Source: Pecten maximus (taxonomy: Eukaryota). From it: a stretch of 64,000 nucleotides of DNA. The notes beneath the pieces were generated by a model, which had not been told where the DNA came from, ran no database searches, and saw only the letters and a list, made by a program, of their open reading frames with translations. A program made the position numbers and the translations under genes. Positions 11,601 to 23,755 of this stretch are shown here, piece after piece. Numbering within the stretch: position 1 is the first letter of the stretch; every line of letters starts with the position of its first letter. The DNA is taken from contig NC_047015.1 of NCBI RefSeq assembly GCF_902652985.1, forward strand, positions 38,812,001 to 38,876,000, written 5' to 3'.

Positions 11601-14600
11601 ACCTACATTTTGACCTTTCACCTACATCAAAGTAATATCTTGTCTCAGCTTTATCTGCTGCACTTCATGTCATTGGAACTTACGTTAACCCTTTGTTTAC
11701 TTTGAACAAAATTAAATAAATATTGACGAACCTGTTCAAATTATTCGAAATTATGCTTCAGAAAAAAAGCGCTAGTCCGAACTATTTGAGTCTATATCGG
11801 CGAAAAATCTTGGGAAATCATTAGACACAAACACATCCAATGTAAATCTGATATGTAACAGCAACAGCATGAACAATGGCACATTTATAAATAAGAAAAA
11901 ATGATAGTGTAGCGGGACTGGAATGGGTCGATCATCGGTGACCAGGTAGCTCAATTGGTAGAGCATCCGGCTAGTGTTCGGAGGTCCCTGGTTCGAACCC
12001 CGGTCTGGCCGCTACATTTTCTCCTCTCCTGTTACAAAATTGGCGCCCAACTGAAATACCCACGGTGGTGGAATAAAGGTCTCGTGTGTCTTTGAGGGCA
12101 AAGACTTGGAAAAAAAGAGGGAGGTGTGTAGTGGGACTGGACTGGGTCGATCATCGGTGACCAGGTAGCTCAATTGGTAGAGCATCTGGCTAGTGTTCGG
12201 AGGTCCCGGGTTCGAACCCCGGTCTGGCCGCTACATTTTCTCCTCTCCTGTTACAATAGTATTTCATTAATTCAATGTTAAATGATCGTTAAACTTTCTT
12301 CATTTCGCGAAAATTATATTAATTGTGAAGCTGCTCGGGCATTTGTTATAGCTGTAGTCTCCGCATGGTTATATATTGTATTTGAATCAGAAACTATCGC
12401 TATATTGTTTTTATGAATGGTACGTTTAAAACATTGAAAGCGTAGTCTGAATAACCTGTTGTGTTTACAAAAGCGCTACTGTAAAATTAGGTGATAAATG
12501 TTGATAAAATTAGGTCAAACACGTTACTAGAACTCCAACCTTTGGGACATGATCGTGAGTTCACCTAGGTGAGGCGATGTGTCCTGTATTAAAAGTAACA
12601 TTACATTTTAACCTTTCACTTACATCAGGAAGAGGGCTGTAATTTGCCAAATTGTCTTGTTATATAAAACTTCCTGTAGTGTAAAGGATTAAGGATGGAA
12701 GCTAAGCAGGTTTGCTGTTATTTGTTTCAGAGTCATTTGTTTCATTGCAATTTTCTGTAAAATTAGCTTACATTCATCAGATATATTAGTGTTCATATTC
12801 AGTTATTTCCTTTCAGTAGTTATTGCGTAGATTTTGATATTTATGAAAAAAGCCAACATGCAAAGCCTATCCCTTAAAATATCTACACAATGATTATTTT
12901 ACAGATGTAAAACCTTCCAACATTATGTTAGATCGTAAAGGCAACATCAAACTCTGTGATTTTGGTATTAGTGGACAGCTGGTGGACTCCATAGCCAAGA
13001 GTCGAGATGCTGGCTGTCGGCCATACATGGCAGTAAGTATACTGTAGTGTTACCTTATAGCTAATTACTGGACACACAAAATTTGAGCTTTTTAGCTTTG
13101 ATACTGTAAAAAGCTGTGATTTACTCACTCTTAAAATCACCTTAAAATTAATGAATAAAGATCTAAACTAATGGAATTTAGGCACCAAAAAAAGGGAACA
13201 AAATTTCATGAATTTATGTCCAAAATTTGTATTAAGCTTAGACCAATCAAAAACTGGGTTTTGTGTGAAATTATCAATGACAAATCCAATTAAAAAATAA
13301 CTATTTATTCTCTGCGCGTGCAGTCTTGTATAAGTGAACAATTATTACCAGGGAAGCATTTACCTTGTGGATGCATTGAGAGCGGTACCTAATGATTATG
13401 ATGTGTCTTGGCAGATTTCTTTCCCTTTAATCTTTTATGAACTGACGTCAAACTGAAAATATTGTAATGTAACATATATTCATTATTAGCTCAATGCTGT
13501 ACTCCGGCATCCGCGTCGGCGTCCAACAGTATGCACCCCACACCCTTCTAATTTGGTTTATATATTCAATAGAGGTCTAGGAGTGATGTTATGGCAAAAT
13601 CATGCAGAAAAAAAATTGTGATTTTTTCGCATTATAACATTTTGTGGACTTAACTTTTTTGGTACCTAAACTCACTTTAAAGTTTTGGGGGCAAGTCCAA
13701 AAGTATGCTCTCACACCCTTCTAATTTGGTTTATGCATTCATTAGAGGTCCAGGAGTGATGTTGTATCAAAATCATGCAGAAAAAATTGTGATTTTTTTG
13801 GTATTTTAATTATAAAATTAGTTGACTTTTTGGCACAAAAACCCTCTTTAAAGATTTTTGGGGTAAGTTATTGGAAAGTTTGTAAGTCCATACCCTTCTT
13901 ATTTAGTTTATACATCCATTAGAGGTCTAGGAGCGACATTATGTGACATACAATTTCAAAATGACATGCTTATACATACATAAAAAATGAATGCATAGTG
14001 TGATTGCTGCTGGTGAGCTTTCACAATCATTGATTGCACTTGTAAATATTACACTGAAATGTAATGATTTGTTGAACTTTCGTATTGAGTAAAATACTGT
14101 AAAGTTTGTAAAAAATTAATGAATTACAATCCCGTCCAAAAATCTGAAAAGTCTGAAAGACCAGACTTGATCATGAGCATCTTATTCCTTAAAAGGACAT
14201 TTTTCAATCACAAAATGCTCAAGCTTACCAGTGAGCAGACTTGTTTAATGGCTGACTAGTTAGATGTGAGGTTTTATCAGCACAATTGTTTGGTTCTGCC
14301 ACTGTCTTATCCCTGGTATATTCTCCAGTGTCAAACCCTGTATATGAAATAAACACGTTCTTTGAACATTGATATAAAATGTTTTATTTGTGTTACAGCC
14401 AGAGAGAATCGACCCCAGAGCCTCCAGTAAAGGTTACGACATTCGCTCTGATGTCTGGAGTCTAGGTATCACATTGGTAAGTTGATAGTCTTAATTTAGA
14501 CAGCAGCAGTTCAGACAAAGACCATACTTTAGACAGCAGCAATTCAGACAAAGACCATATTTTGTCAGTCTAAATTTAGACAGCAGCAATTCAGGCAAAG

Positions 14601-16246
14601 ACCATATTTTGTCGGTGAATCCTGCTAATTTTTGAAAGTCAAGAGATACCAGGTAGATTCATCAATGTAGCTGTGCCTTAACAGGAATGATAAACCTTGA
14701 ACATATTAGGATAGAATGGATACACAACATAACATCAATATCCTGATCTGACTGCAGAACTAGTAAAGATTTAGTCCATTTATCATGTAAGCATCAAGGT
14801 TATTGGAAGAAGCAATAGCTTTGTTTGTAGAGGATCCGGGGTGAATGTTCAATCCCTACCTGGATCGGATTAGGTTTCTCATAAAAGCTGGATCACGGGA
14901 CTGTCCTTCTCTACAGTTTTCTGGTGCAAAACACTTTTACCACATTGATCTGGATAGTATAGGACGAGCCTCCTGTATATTTTCAGTTAGGTAGCCACCA
15001 TCTACTACAGGTAGTCACCATCAACTACAGGTAGCCACCAGCTACTACAAGGAGACTGCCTCAAAATGACCATGGCTGTTGTCAGGGAGAAAAACCAATT
15101 AAATAAACAAACATCAAATGAAGTTCAATAAGTAAAACTGGAAGTACCTAGATGAATCATTTCTGTCCTCATAATGCTGCATTATAGAATTGTACTATTG
15201 TCATTAGTCTCCATTGCTAAAGATTAATTAATCGTGTTTTCTTTACTTTATTACTAGATGGAACTTGCCACTGGGAAGTTTCCGTACCCCAAGTGGAACA
15301 GTGTATTTGACCAGCTCACACAGGTGGTACAAGGCCCCCCTCCCCAACTCAAGGGCACAGAGGGCAAATTCTCGGAGGATTTTGTAAATTTCCTCAACAC
15401 ATGGTAATTACCATCTTCTTATCTTTAGCAAGGTGTCACAAAAAAAATCAAATATTCATTTCTTCCAAAATCTTTTCTTTTTGAATTACAAACATGATAC
15501 ACAATAGCCACTGTTTCACAACAGCATATATTAAAAGGAGTTTTTGAAGTATATGCTGATAATGTTGTTTTAATTTTATAGTTTAACCAAGGATGAAAAG
15601 GAGCGACCAAAATACAACAAATTAATTGTGAGTTTCAAAAAAAAGCATTGTTTCATTATTTATAACCTTAGAAATTATCTGTTTGTTGCCACTTATGAAT
15701 TTACATCAATTTATACATCAATTCAAACCACTTATTTTTGCAAATTTAGACATACATGAGTTATTAGACATACAGGAGTTATTGATATTCTTATTAACTT
15801 GATGTTCAGAAACATTTACATATATATTATAATTTTGTCCATTTCATCTCCTGCAGTGAATTGTAATAGTATACAATTATGGTACATGTATATATGCCAG
15901 ATCTATTTCAGTAATTAATGAAATTTATCAGTTATATGAAAAAAAAATTAAAAGCATTAATTTGAAATAAGTGAATGTATAATAAGAATAGATATCATAT
16001 ACATCGTACTTGGCTGGATAGTTTAGATGGCACTGAATGATATGTCATGTATATAAATAATTGTGGGAACCTTTTTTTATAGACAGATGAGTCATTACCT
16101 CTTTGATTCATTTTCAGGAGCATCCTTTTATAAAACGTTACGAAGAGTTAGAAGTTGATGTAGCTAGTTATGTCTGTAGTATACAAGACCAAATGAGGGA
16201 TAGCGCACATGAAACAGAACAACAGTATGCATTGTCTTCCTCGTGA
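5637..16246 (+). CDS. MAP2K4: Dual-specificity MAP kinase kinase 4 (MKK4/SEK1), 12 coding exons, ~380 aa
   Basis: GT-AG exons in consistent phase: 5637-5670, 8180-8291, 8890-8953, 9169-9282, 9662-9781, 10128-10247, 11233-11284, 12905-13032, 14399-14476, 15258-15403, 15582-15627, 16118-16246. D-site RKKLLIRF; motifs GRGNYG, MAVKRIRSTVDEREQKQLLMDL, IIHRDVKPSN, DFGISGQLVDSIAKSRDAGCRPYMAPERIDP, KWNSVFDQLTQVV. Stop TGA TAA. Donors of exons 1-2 are slightly ambiguous. Confidence 0.96.
6396..7410. mobile_element. Tc1/mariner-pogo-type MITE (1015 bp) in MKK4 intron 1
   Basis: TIRs CAGTCAAACTTCGTTAACTCGAA / TTCGAGTTAACGAGGTTTGACTG, TA on both flanks, subterminal TAACTCGAA repeats. Confidence 0.9.
8444..8858 (+). 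mobile_element. hAT-type MITE copy, right end missing
   Basis: Starts TAGTGGTGGGCAGATGATCGAAAAT and is colinear along its length with 53277-53679. Confidence 0.7.
11940..12011 (+). tRNA. tRNA-like sequence (Thr-AGT-like) inside the TRIM 5' LTR; probably not a translating tRNA
   Basis: Cloverleaf: acceptor GACCAGG/TCTGGCC, D arm GCTC/GAGC, anticodon arm TCCGG-CTAGTGT-TCGGA, T loop TTCGAAC. A and B boxes intact; TTTT follows at 12017. Confidence 0.6.
12159..12230 (+). tRNA. tRNA-like sequence inside the TRIM 3' LTR
   Basis: Same cloverleaf as 11940-12011, with a perfect T stem CCGGG/CCCGG. Confidence 0.6.
13486..14043 (+). mobile_element. HINE/DINE-like non-autonomous Helentron
   Basis: 5' TTAGCTCA, GCGTC microsatellite, ~3 internal repeats, 3' GGTGAGCT followed by a short hairpin and CTTGT. 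Confidence 0.7.
14497..14612. repeat. Three short direct repeats
   Basis: TTAGACAGCAGCAATTCAGACAAAGACCATA x3. Confidence 0.8.
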
Positions 16247-16639
16247 TAATGGGCCAAGCCGTGGGACTCACAGACAATTGGACTCACAGGGTGTGTACAG
16301 ATCTGATGTACTGCCTATGTATACACTCAGTAAAACAGTCAGCAGTGTCCAACTACCCTTGTATGGTATCCAGTAGACGGGCGGATTGTTATCTAGCTGC
16401 GGCTGTGGTTGGACAGATAGAATTGGTGTGATAATGATCTTGTGACAGTTGCCGTAAGAGAGAGAATAGACTATCACCTATGCAGATTTTTTACAAAAAA
16501 TTGCAGAATATTGGAAAGGCTGTTCCTTCACACACCATGCATGCCCTATAATGATAAATTTTCTATCACAGGAGAATCAGTTGATTCACTGGCAATGTAC
16601 ATTCTTCATCTTAGTTCTCGGTAAAAAAAATACTATTTA

Positions 16640-17135
16640 AAGAATTAACTACGTATAACTCATGTCCTTTCTATCAGTTCTCGGTACAATACTGGCCGTT
16701 ACTATATATAACTCATATGTCCTTACTGTCAGTTCACGGTACAATACTGGCCGTTACTATATAAAACTTTTATGTCCTTACTGATAGTTCTCAGTAAAAG
16801 ACTGACCGTTACTATATATAACTTTTATGTCCTTACTGATAGTTCTCAATACAAGACTGAACGTTACTATATATAACTTTTATGTCCTTACTGATAGTTC
16901 TCAATACAAGACTGAACGTTACTATATATAACTTTTATGTCATTACTGATAATTCTCCTTATACAACTGACCGTTACCATATATAACTTGTATGTCCTTA
17001 TTGTCTGTTCTCATTACAAGATTGACTGTTACTATATACATGTACTTGTATAACTTTTATGTCCTAACTGACCATTCTCAGTTTAAGACTGACCATTAGT
17101 ATATATAACTGATGTCCTTACCTATAGTCCAAGAG
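16640..17135. repeat. 55-bp minisatellite (~8-9 copies) in the probable MKK4 3' UTR
   Basis: Unit GTTACTATATATAACTTTTATGTCCTTACTGATAGTTCTCAATACAAGACTGAAC; period 55 (16863 to 16918). Confidence 0.9.
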
Positions 17136-20100
17136 ACTGACATGCAGTTGTTACATAAGGTGAAATTTAAAGTGTGCATGCTGTTTTTAGGTGTGACAAG
17201 TTGCTGGTATGGAGGACAGCTTTTATCAAGTCAACATTTAATTTCGTCAGATGAAGAATTTAAGAAAACAGGCACCCTGCTAAGTTTCATATAGATGGTA
17301 AAGAATCCCTGATAACTACAGAAATTTCCTATAAAAATCTTTGATGCCACTATCAAAGCATTTCTAATTAAAGGGAACAGCTTCCAGTTTGCTGATTGCT
17401 GTGGTAAACAAAGCTGCAATTGTTTAATTAAGAGGAGTTTATTAGTGAGAGAGAAGAAACATGTTTACTTGTGAATTTAACATTAAGAGAGATAATTCAG
17501 CACGGCGAGTCTTAGAAAACGTTATGTGTGCACGAATTGTAAATGCAGTATTGTAGATCTTTCATCATGACGCCATTGTTGGCTCTACCTTCCATACGAG
17601 CCTGTATCCAGTGGACATGTTGATGGGGTTATATTGTGTTGTGTATTGTTGCTATGGATACATGTGTGTACATGTGGTCATGAGTGTGTGCTTGTGTGTT
17701 TGTTTTTTTTACACCGGTACTTTGGAGTTAAATGAATGACCTCCATGGTTAAAGTACTCCGTGATATTCTTTGCTATTCATAGACAGCAATATGTGAACA
17801 GTTTCAAGGCCATATGGGGAATTGTTGAAACTGTTATAGAATGCCTTGTGTTGTACATGCATATAATTTATTGTAGTTTTCGTAATTTGATATGGGACAC
17901 TACAGGGAGGGCAGCTCACACCTGACCTAGTTTAACTTAAAGCACAACAGAACATTTATTAAGGCATCCAAATTTTTAATGGAGAGGCAATAAATGTGTG
18001 ATTTTAATAACACTATTTTGTGTTAATCTAAGGAATGTTCTGGAAACATTAAAATTTTACAGCACTCAGATAATGGAGAATTGACACACAATCAGTACTT
18101 GTTGAAAACAACATACAGAAATGCAATAAGTGCAATTAATTCAGCCAATACTTACCACTAAAATAAATCTTTAGTAAATATTAGAATTTGAGCTGATTCA
18201 GTACTTGTGGTTACCTATGCTCAGTTGGAATTGACATTTTGAATATGTCAAATGAAGAAGGTACATTCAGTAAGACTTGAGTTGTACAGTATAAATTCAC
18301 ATTGATTACCTTTAGCATCATTTTGTATACCGGTAATTAGAACAGGTTCAGCAATATTTACTTCACTTTGATTGATCTGACTGAAGGCTTATCATACTTT
18401 TAATATTACCACATGGACATACTTGAGTAATATCATGATAAATAGTGATTTGAAAGAATTGACCTTAAAAGTCAATATAACATCGTTTTTACAAATGATG
18501 AAAAGTGATAAAATTTGAGATCAATGCTGGAAAAATGCTAGAATTTAGGGTCAGTGCTGAAAAAGTTTAGGGATTTGCTCTTAAGTCCTTGAAAAGTACT
18601 GGAATCATACCTGATGTAAAAATTCAGTTCTTTTCAGATTCCTTAAAATGAAATATTCATCACAAATAATTTATTTCCACATACTGGGACACAATTCAGT
18701 ATTTGGTAATGATAGTAATAAAATCATAATGCTAATGTTCTTTTGTTATTTCAATCATGTGCAAGACAAAAATGAACCCCAATTTCCTGCAAGTTTGAAC
18801 GAAAATATTCACCTGGAGAATTGAGAAAAATTGATGGAAAGAAGCTTGAAACTGCTTGAATTTTGGTATGAAAAATCTATGAATCGTGTATAAACGAGAT
18901 GTATTTTTCATTATTATGTACAATGGATAAGTATTGTGTGATGCAATATAAGACAGTTAAAACTTTACAAGTTGTATAATAAGAAGATTATGAAGACTGC
19001 TAAAATGGACATTTCTTTTCTGTTGTTTCTTATTTGAAACACTGAATATTTGAAAACATGTAGCATTTCCTGAAAACATATTAATGTATTACCGTTGCAT
19101 TAAAGAAATGTGACAAATGAAAACGGTATGAAAGGATATATGTATTTTTCTTACAAAAAATATTTAGAACATATGTTTGCATCACATAAGATAATTGCAA
19201 AATAATAAAATATATAAACTAACGAGAGCTCTTTTTGTCAGATGAAATTAAAAATTTATCGACTCACAATATTATCACCATAGAAATACATCACAAGAGA
19301 TTGCTATGCAACAAAATGAATATGAATATGCTCGCAGTTGAAAATAAAAAGAATGTTTTCAGATACAGCTGCTGTAATACAAAATTGTATTGAAACAGTG
19401 GGGCTACTCTCTATATTGATTTGATGTTAAAGGTAATATACATACTGATTTAAAACTAAAGCTTTCCTCTGAGAGATAGCTAATTAGGTTTTTACCAAAT
19501 TTGTGCATATGTTATATGCGAGAATATGATCTGTAATATCTTGAAAAGTTTTAACATTATCAGTATATATGCTGTATCATTTAAATAAAAGTTTCCATTT
19601 ATTCTTTCTCAAATTGACATGTTTCTACACTGGAATGGTGTTTTATTCCAATAACCTGTTTTGGAGATATTGTGCAGTGATCTGTTGAGCAAGTTTAGAC
19701 ATCTTCCTTGTAATATTGAGCAGGGATCTGCCATGTGGTGAACAGATGTGGTTTGAATGAATGTACACAGAGCTGATACCAATACATCAAGATTTTTTTT
19801 TCAAATAGTGGATTTCTTTTTTGAGCATTTGTTGACATATGTTCTGTTAATGCTGTGGGTATCAGCATTAAGCAGGTGCCTGTGAGTTGACACATTGTAT
19901 CGCCCTTTTAGCGGCCAGGGTCATTTGAGGCGGGATCACTTTGTAGTAGCTCTAGGCTACCTCACTGAACAACATACAGGAGGCCTGTTGCATGCCATCC
20001 AGAGATATTAGGGTAAAGTATCTTGCTCAAAGAGTCGACCACCACGTCACAGACTGGTTTGTTTCTCAGCTTCCCATTGAGGGTGTTGAATTACACCTTG

Positions 20101-22774
20101 GATCTTCACCTGAGGTTATGTAGGTCGACACCTCATGAGCTATCACAAAACTACACTTTCAGACTGATCTGATATTTAACGAAGATGGCATATTGACATT
20201 TAAAAATTAACATGTTATGCCTTTCAAAATGTTGTATAAGATGCATGCAGTGTGTGAGATTGAAGACGTGTTCGGATGCAAATTGATTTATCATATGTGG
20301 CTGCATTAGATGGAAGTTTTTTAATGCTGAAAAACCATTTGAAATGTATTATGCCAATTTAGTACAGTACATGTACAATATATGTATGCAATTTTTTTAT
20401 CATATAACTATATAATCCATGACACAGCAAGACAGATTTTTTCAACACTTTCTTCAATCACCTCTGTCTGGAAGTTTTCATATAGAAAACAATATCTTTT
20501 GCACTTATTGGAACACAAATTTTGCATACTGGTCCTTTAAGTTAGCCTGTATGCTAATTAAATCAAATGAAACTTAGCAAGGAAGATTGATGTTTAAACA
20601 ATAAAAAAATTAAAAGTTATATATGACCGGAGGCGGCTTTTGTTTGTCATGGTCCAAACAGTTAATATATGACAAGGACAGATCTAGTGGTGTACCCTGT
20701 ATTAATTATATAAAGATTTTTTTCCTGAAACGTTACATTAAAAAAGATTAACGAACTGAATTTTCCGCATGTCACCTGTTATTTAGAGCTGTCTTGCTGT
20801 GTGTCAAGTGTCATGGCCATGTTTATTCTCCTTACAGGACATCTTCCTTGGTTTTACTATCTTAATCATACAAGCCAAGTCTCACAAATATATACTGATA
20901 GATTTCTTTGATAATCACCTTTAACATCATCAGTCCAGGCATATAGATTTTTCACAAGTTTTGTCAGAATTCTGTTACAATGAAATTTTGAAGGTATTTT
21001 CTAGCTACATAGTGCTGGGATTTGTCACTATGTTAACTCTTTCTTCTCCATATAATGTTATCTAGCTACAAAGTGCTTTACCTAATTACATTGTTAATGA
21101 TTTATTTGTGCAAAGAAACATGATGGTTGATTGTTAATACAAAATTAAATGAAATTCAGAAAAAAAGAAAGAATTGTTTAGTTATTTCTTTTAAGTTTAA
21201 TTTGTTAATTTTGATACATTTGTTACAACATATATTTGCAATTATGCCAATGGATTTCAAAGATTAGGCATTGAAGCCTTTCCTTTGGATTCCATGTATG
21301 TGTTTGCCATTTGTCTTCATCTATGACGATGGAGGAAATTAAGGAAGTGTTGAATTCATTGCCATTTCAGTGGCACTGAAGTGTGTACATGTCAGCATCT
21401 TTAAGTTTTCTTTTGGTTAATATGGTCCATGAAGGACACATGTAACTCTTATTGCTTTGTGACCCATGAAGGAAGCATTGTGTCTTTTCTGTAGATCGCT
21501 GGATTTCATGAATGCTAAAGGCATAATGCATTTTTTGCTAAATTCTAATCCTTTCAATGAAATTTCGTCTGCTGCTCCTTATGTACAATGCCACACTGAC
21601 CCACTCCTTTCACAGATCTTAACCTCTAATCTAGATCTTTCAGCATATTAAGATCTATTAAATTTCCAACAACCTAAGCTTATTAAGATCTATTAAATTT
21701 CCAACAACCTTAGCTGCAGTCTACTTCCAGATACACAAATCCAGTAGATGCATTTTCTTTTTTTGTATAGTTCCAGGTCCATTGACAATGTAGGCCCTCT
21801 ATGCCTTTTGTTATTTCACACAGTACGTTTGACTTCGTATTCGAACGCTCCGGAAATTAAGAGCTGTGATGATAAAGAGGAAAGGGAGCAGAGTCCCACT
21901 CGATTTGCATTCTTCTCAGAAGAGAAGCTTTCTAAGGATCGCATTCTGATATATATAAATCGAGTAAACCGTTTCTCAAACACTTTGACACAAACACGTG
22001 CATGTATGTGTCATAAATCCTTCTCTAGTAACATGGTAGCCACCATCTTGGAAGATAAATCTTCCAGCCTCGAGACGGAAGAGGTAGAAGATCTTTCAGA
22101 AGCAGAAGAGCTACAAATCGAGTGACCGGAAGATATATTCTAGACGGAGAAGAGTGCAAATCGAGAGGGACACAGCAGACGAAATTTCCTGTGAAAGGTT
22201 CCTCACGCGGAGGAACCCGTCTAGGTAATGGTTACCGGTCAAAGAAACATTCCAGATAGTATAGATCTAATAGAGATTGAAAGAATCGCACAGACGTGTT
22301 CATGCCATTTTTATTTGGTCACAATGGCGACCTGTTTCCAAAATGTTACTGACAATGAAAGAAAACAGTTATTATGAATGTAAGCTTAGTGTTCTTTTTA
22401 GTGTAAGGAGATTTGATAATATGCATTATTATATAAAACCTATTAATGGTGTCCGATTGTAAGAGGACCGCAATTGGCAAGAAATTGGGCGATGAAATTT
22501 AACACCAAAAAATGTTACAGTACATCACGAACGTCAATTTAGTTTTGGTTTTTTGAGAAATAACCTAACGGTTTGTAATCGATGATGGGCCCCTCCACAA
22601 ATGTTACAGTACACTTGTGCCGAGAAAGATTTGAGAAATAACCAAACGGTTTGTAATCGATGATGGGGCCCCTCCACAAATGTTTTGATGTGGTATATTT
22701 GTTAAGAGATATTTGAATTTAGATAAAATGACCTGTATATAATCAGAAACCATAGAAATCCGAAGCTAGCTTAT

Positions 22775-23755
22775 TTAAAATATTTTTTGTGGAACAGTTT
22801 CAAGAATGTAATTGTATTGAAAGACGGTGATATCGACGTGGCTACTCACACTGTCCATTAGTAGGACAACTGGCCTCTCTGTACCAGCATGCTCGTCGAA
22901 GAAGGAAATGAAGGACTTGAAAGTTGATAGATTCATCCAGTCTTTCTTTGTGTACGTCGCTCTACTCCCTTCCAATCCTTCTGTCATGGGATTGTAACCC
23001 TTTGGCTTTGGTTCAGGGAACACAAAGAAAGGGAGCATCATATCTCCACTAGCATTCCCACAGAACATCACAGTGTATCTTTGTTTACTGTGTCCCCCAG
23101 ATATGTGTGGCATCTGTTGGCGATCTGAAGGAGTCTTCACAGGACCGATTATCTTCCCTGGAATACTTCCAATACTGAAACCTGTCTCGTCGCAATTCCA
23201 GATACGCTTAGGTTTGTTGAGTAAGTTTTTCTCACTGAGAAACTGACTAAAGCCTGAATACCAAACATCTGTGTCTTCCTTGTTGATTTTAGTACGGCAC
23301 ATTTCCAGTGATTTCTCAGTCCTGGGTTGCAGAATGGCTTCATTCCTGGCCATGAAAGCGTAATACCAATCATGACCAGGCCTACCGTCTTTAAAACTAT
23401 TTGGCTTGTTTTCCTTGATGATAACACCCTGGATAAAGTCAAGGAACTTGTACGGCTTCAAGCCCATCCCCCTCTCTGCCATGTCATGAAGCCATGAAGA
23501 CATCGCTGCCTTCTCAGCCTGGTTAAAAACAGGATTGGGCCCCTTCCTCTTATCAACATCAATTTCACCAGACAACCTCCTCTGAAGAAAACCATAAGAA
23601 AACCCATGTTGTCTAGCTGCTTCCCGTAAAGATACCTTGTTGGTCTGCACGTCGAACAATGCCTTCCGCACTTGGGTTCCTCTTCCAGGTGAAACAGGGT
23701 AGCCGCCACGCAAGCGACAGGGCTTTTGTGCTGTGGTTGCTCTTGCTTTTCCCAT
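22775..23755 (-). mobile_element. Truncated pogo/Tigger-like DDE transposase (HTH-psq, CENP-B HTH, DDE_1)
   Basis: VSLREAARQHG, GRPGHDWYYAFMAR, IWNCDETGF, LPFFVF and LLMDSVSSH are present. Homology stops at ~22820, before the third catalytic Asp (QPLD). Confidence 0.88.

Larger units (their letters stand above)
11908..12255 (+). mobile_element. TRIM (miniature non-autonomous LTR retrotransposon) with tRNA-containing LTRs
   Basis: LTRs 11908-12036 and 12127-12255 (129 bp each, TGT..ACA, 4 differences); PBS TGGCGCCCAAC at 12041; purine tract GGAAAAAAAGAGGGAGG before LTR2; TSD ATAG at 11904-11907 and 12256-12259. Confidence 0.93.
11428..12630 (+). mobile_element. Degenerate HINE-like element interrupted by an ~850-bp insert that contains the TRIM
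   Basis: TCCCC..GGGGAC hairpin and GTCC microsatellite at 11435-11482. The internal repeat motif (ACATTTTGACCTTTCACCTACATCA) occurs at ~11605 and resumes at ~12604. Confidence 0.5.

Noticed and set aside
11940-12230. Pair of genuine tRNA-Thr genes
   Set aside because: Acceptor-stem mismatch, and both are embedded in LTRs with PBS, PPT and TSD; better explained as retroelement parts.
16244-16310. Stop-codon readthrough or selenocysteine at the MKK4 TGA
   Set aside because: TGA is followed immediately by TAA.
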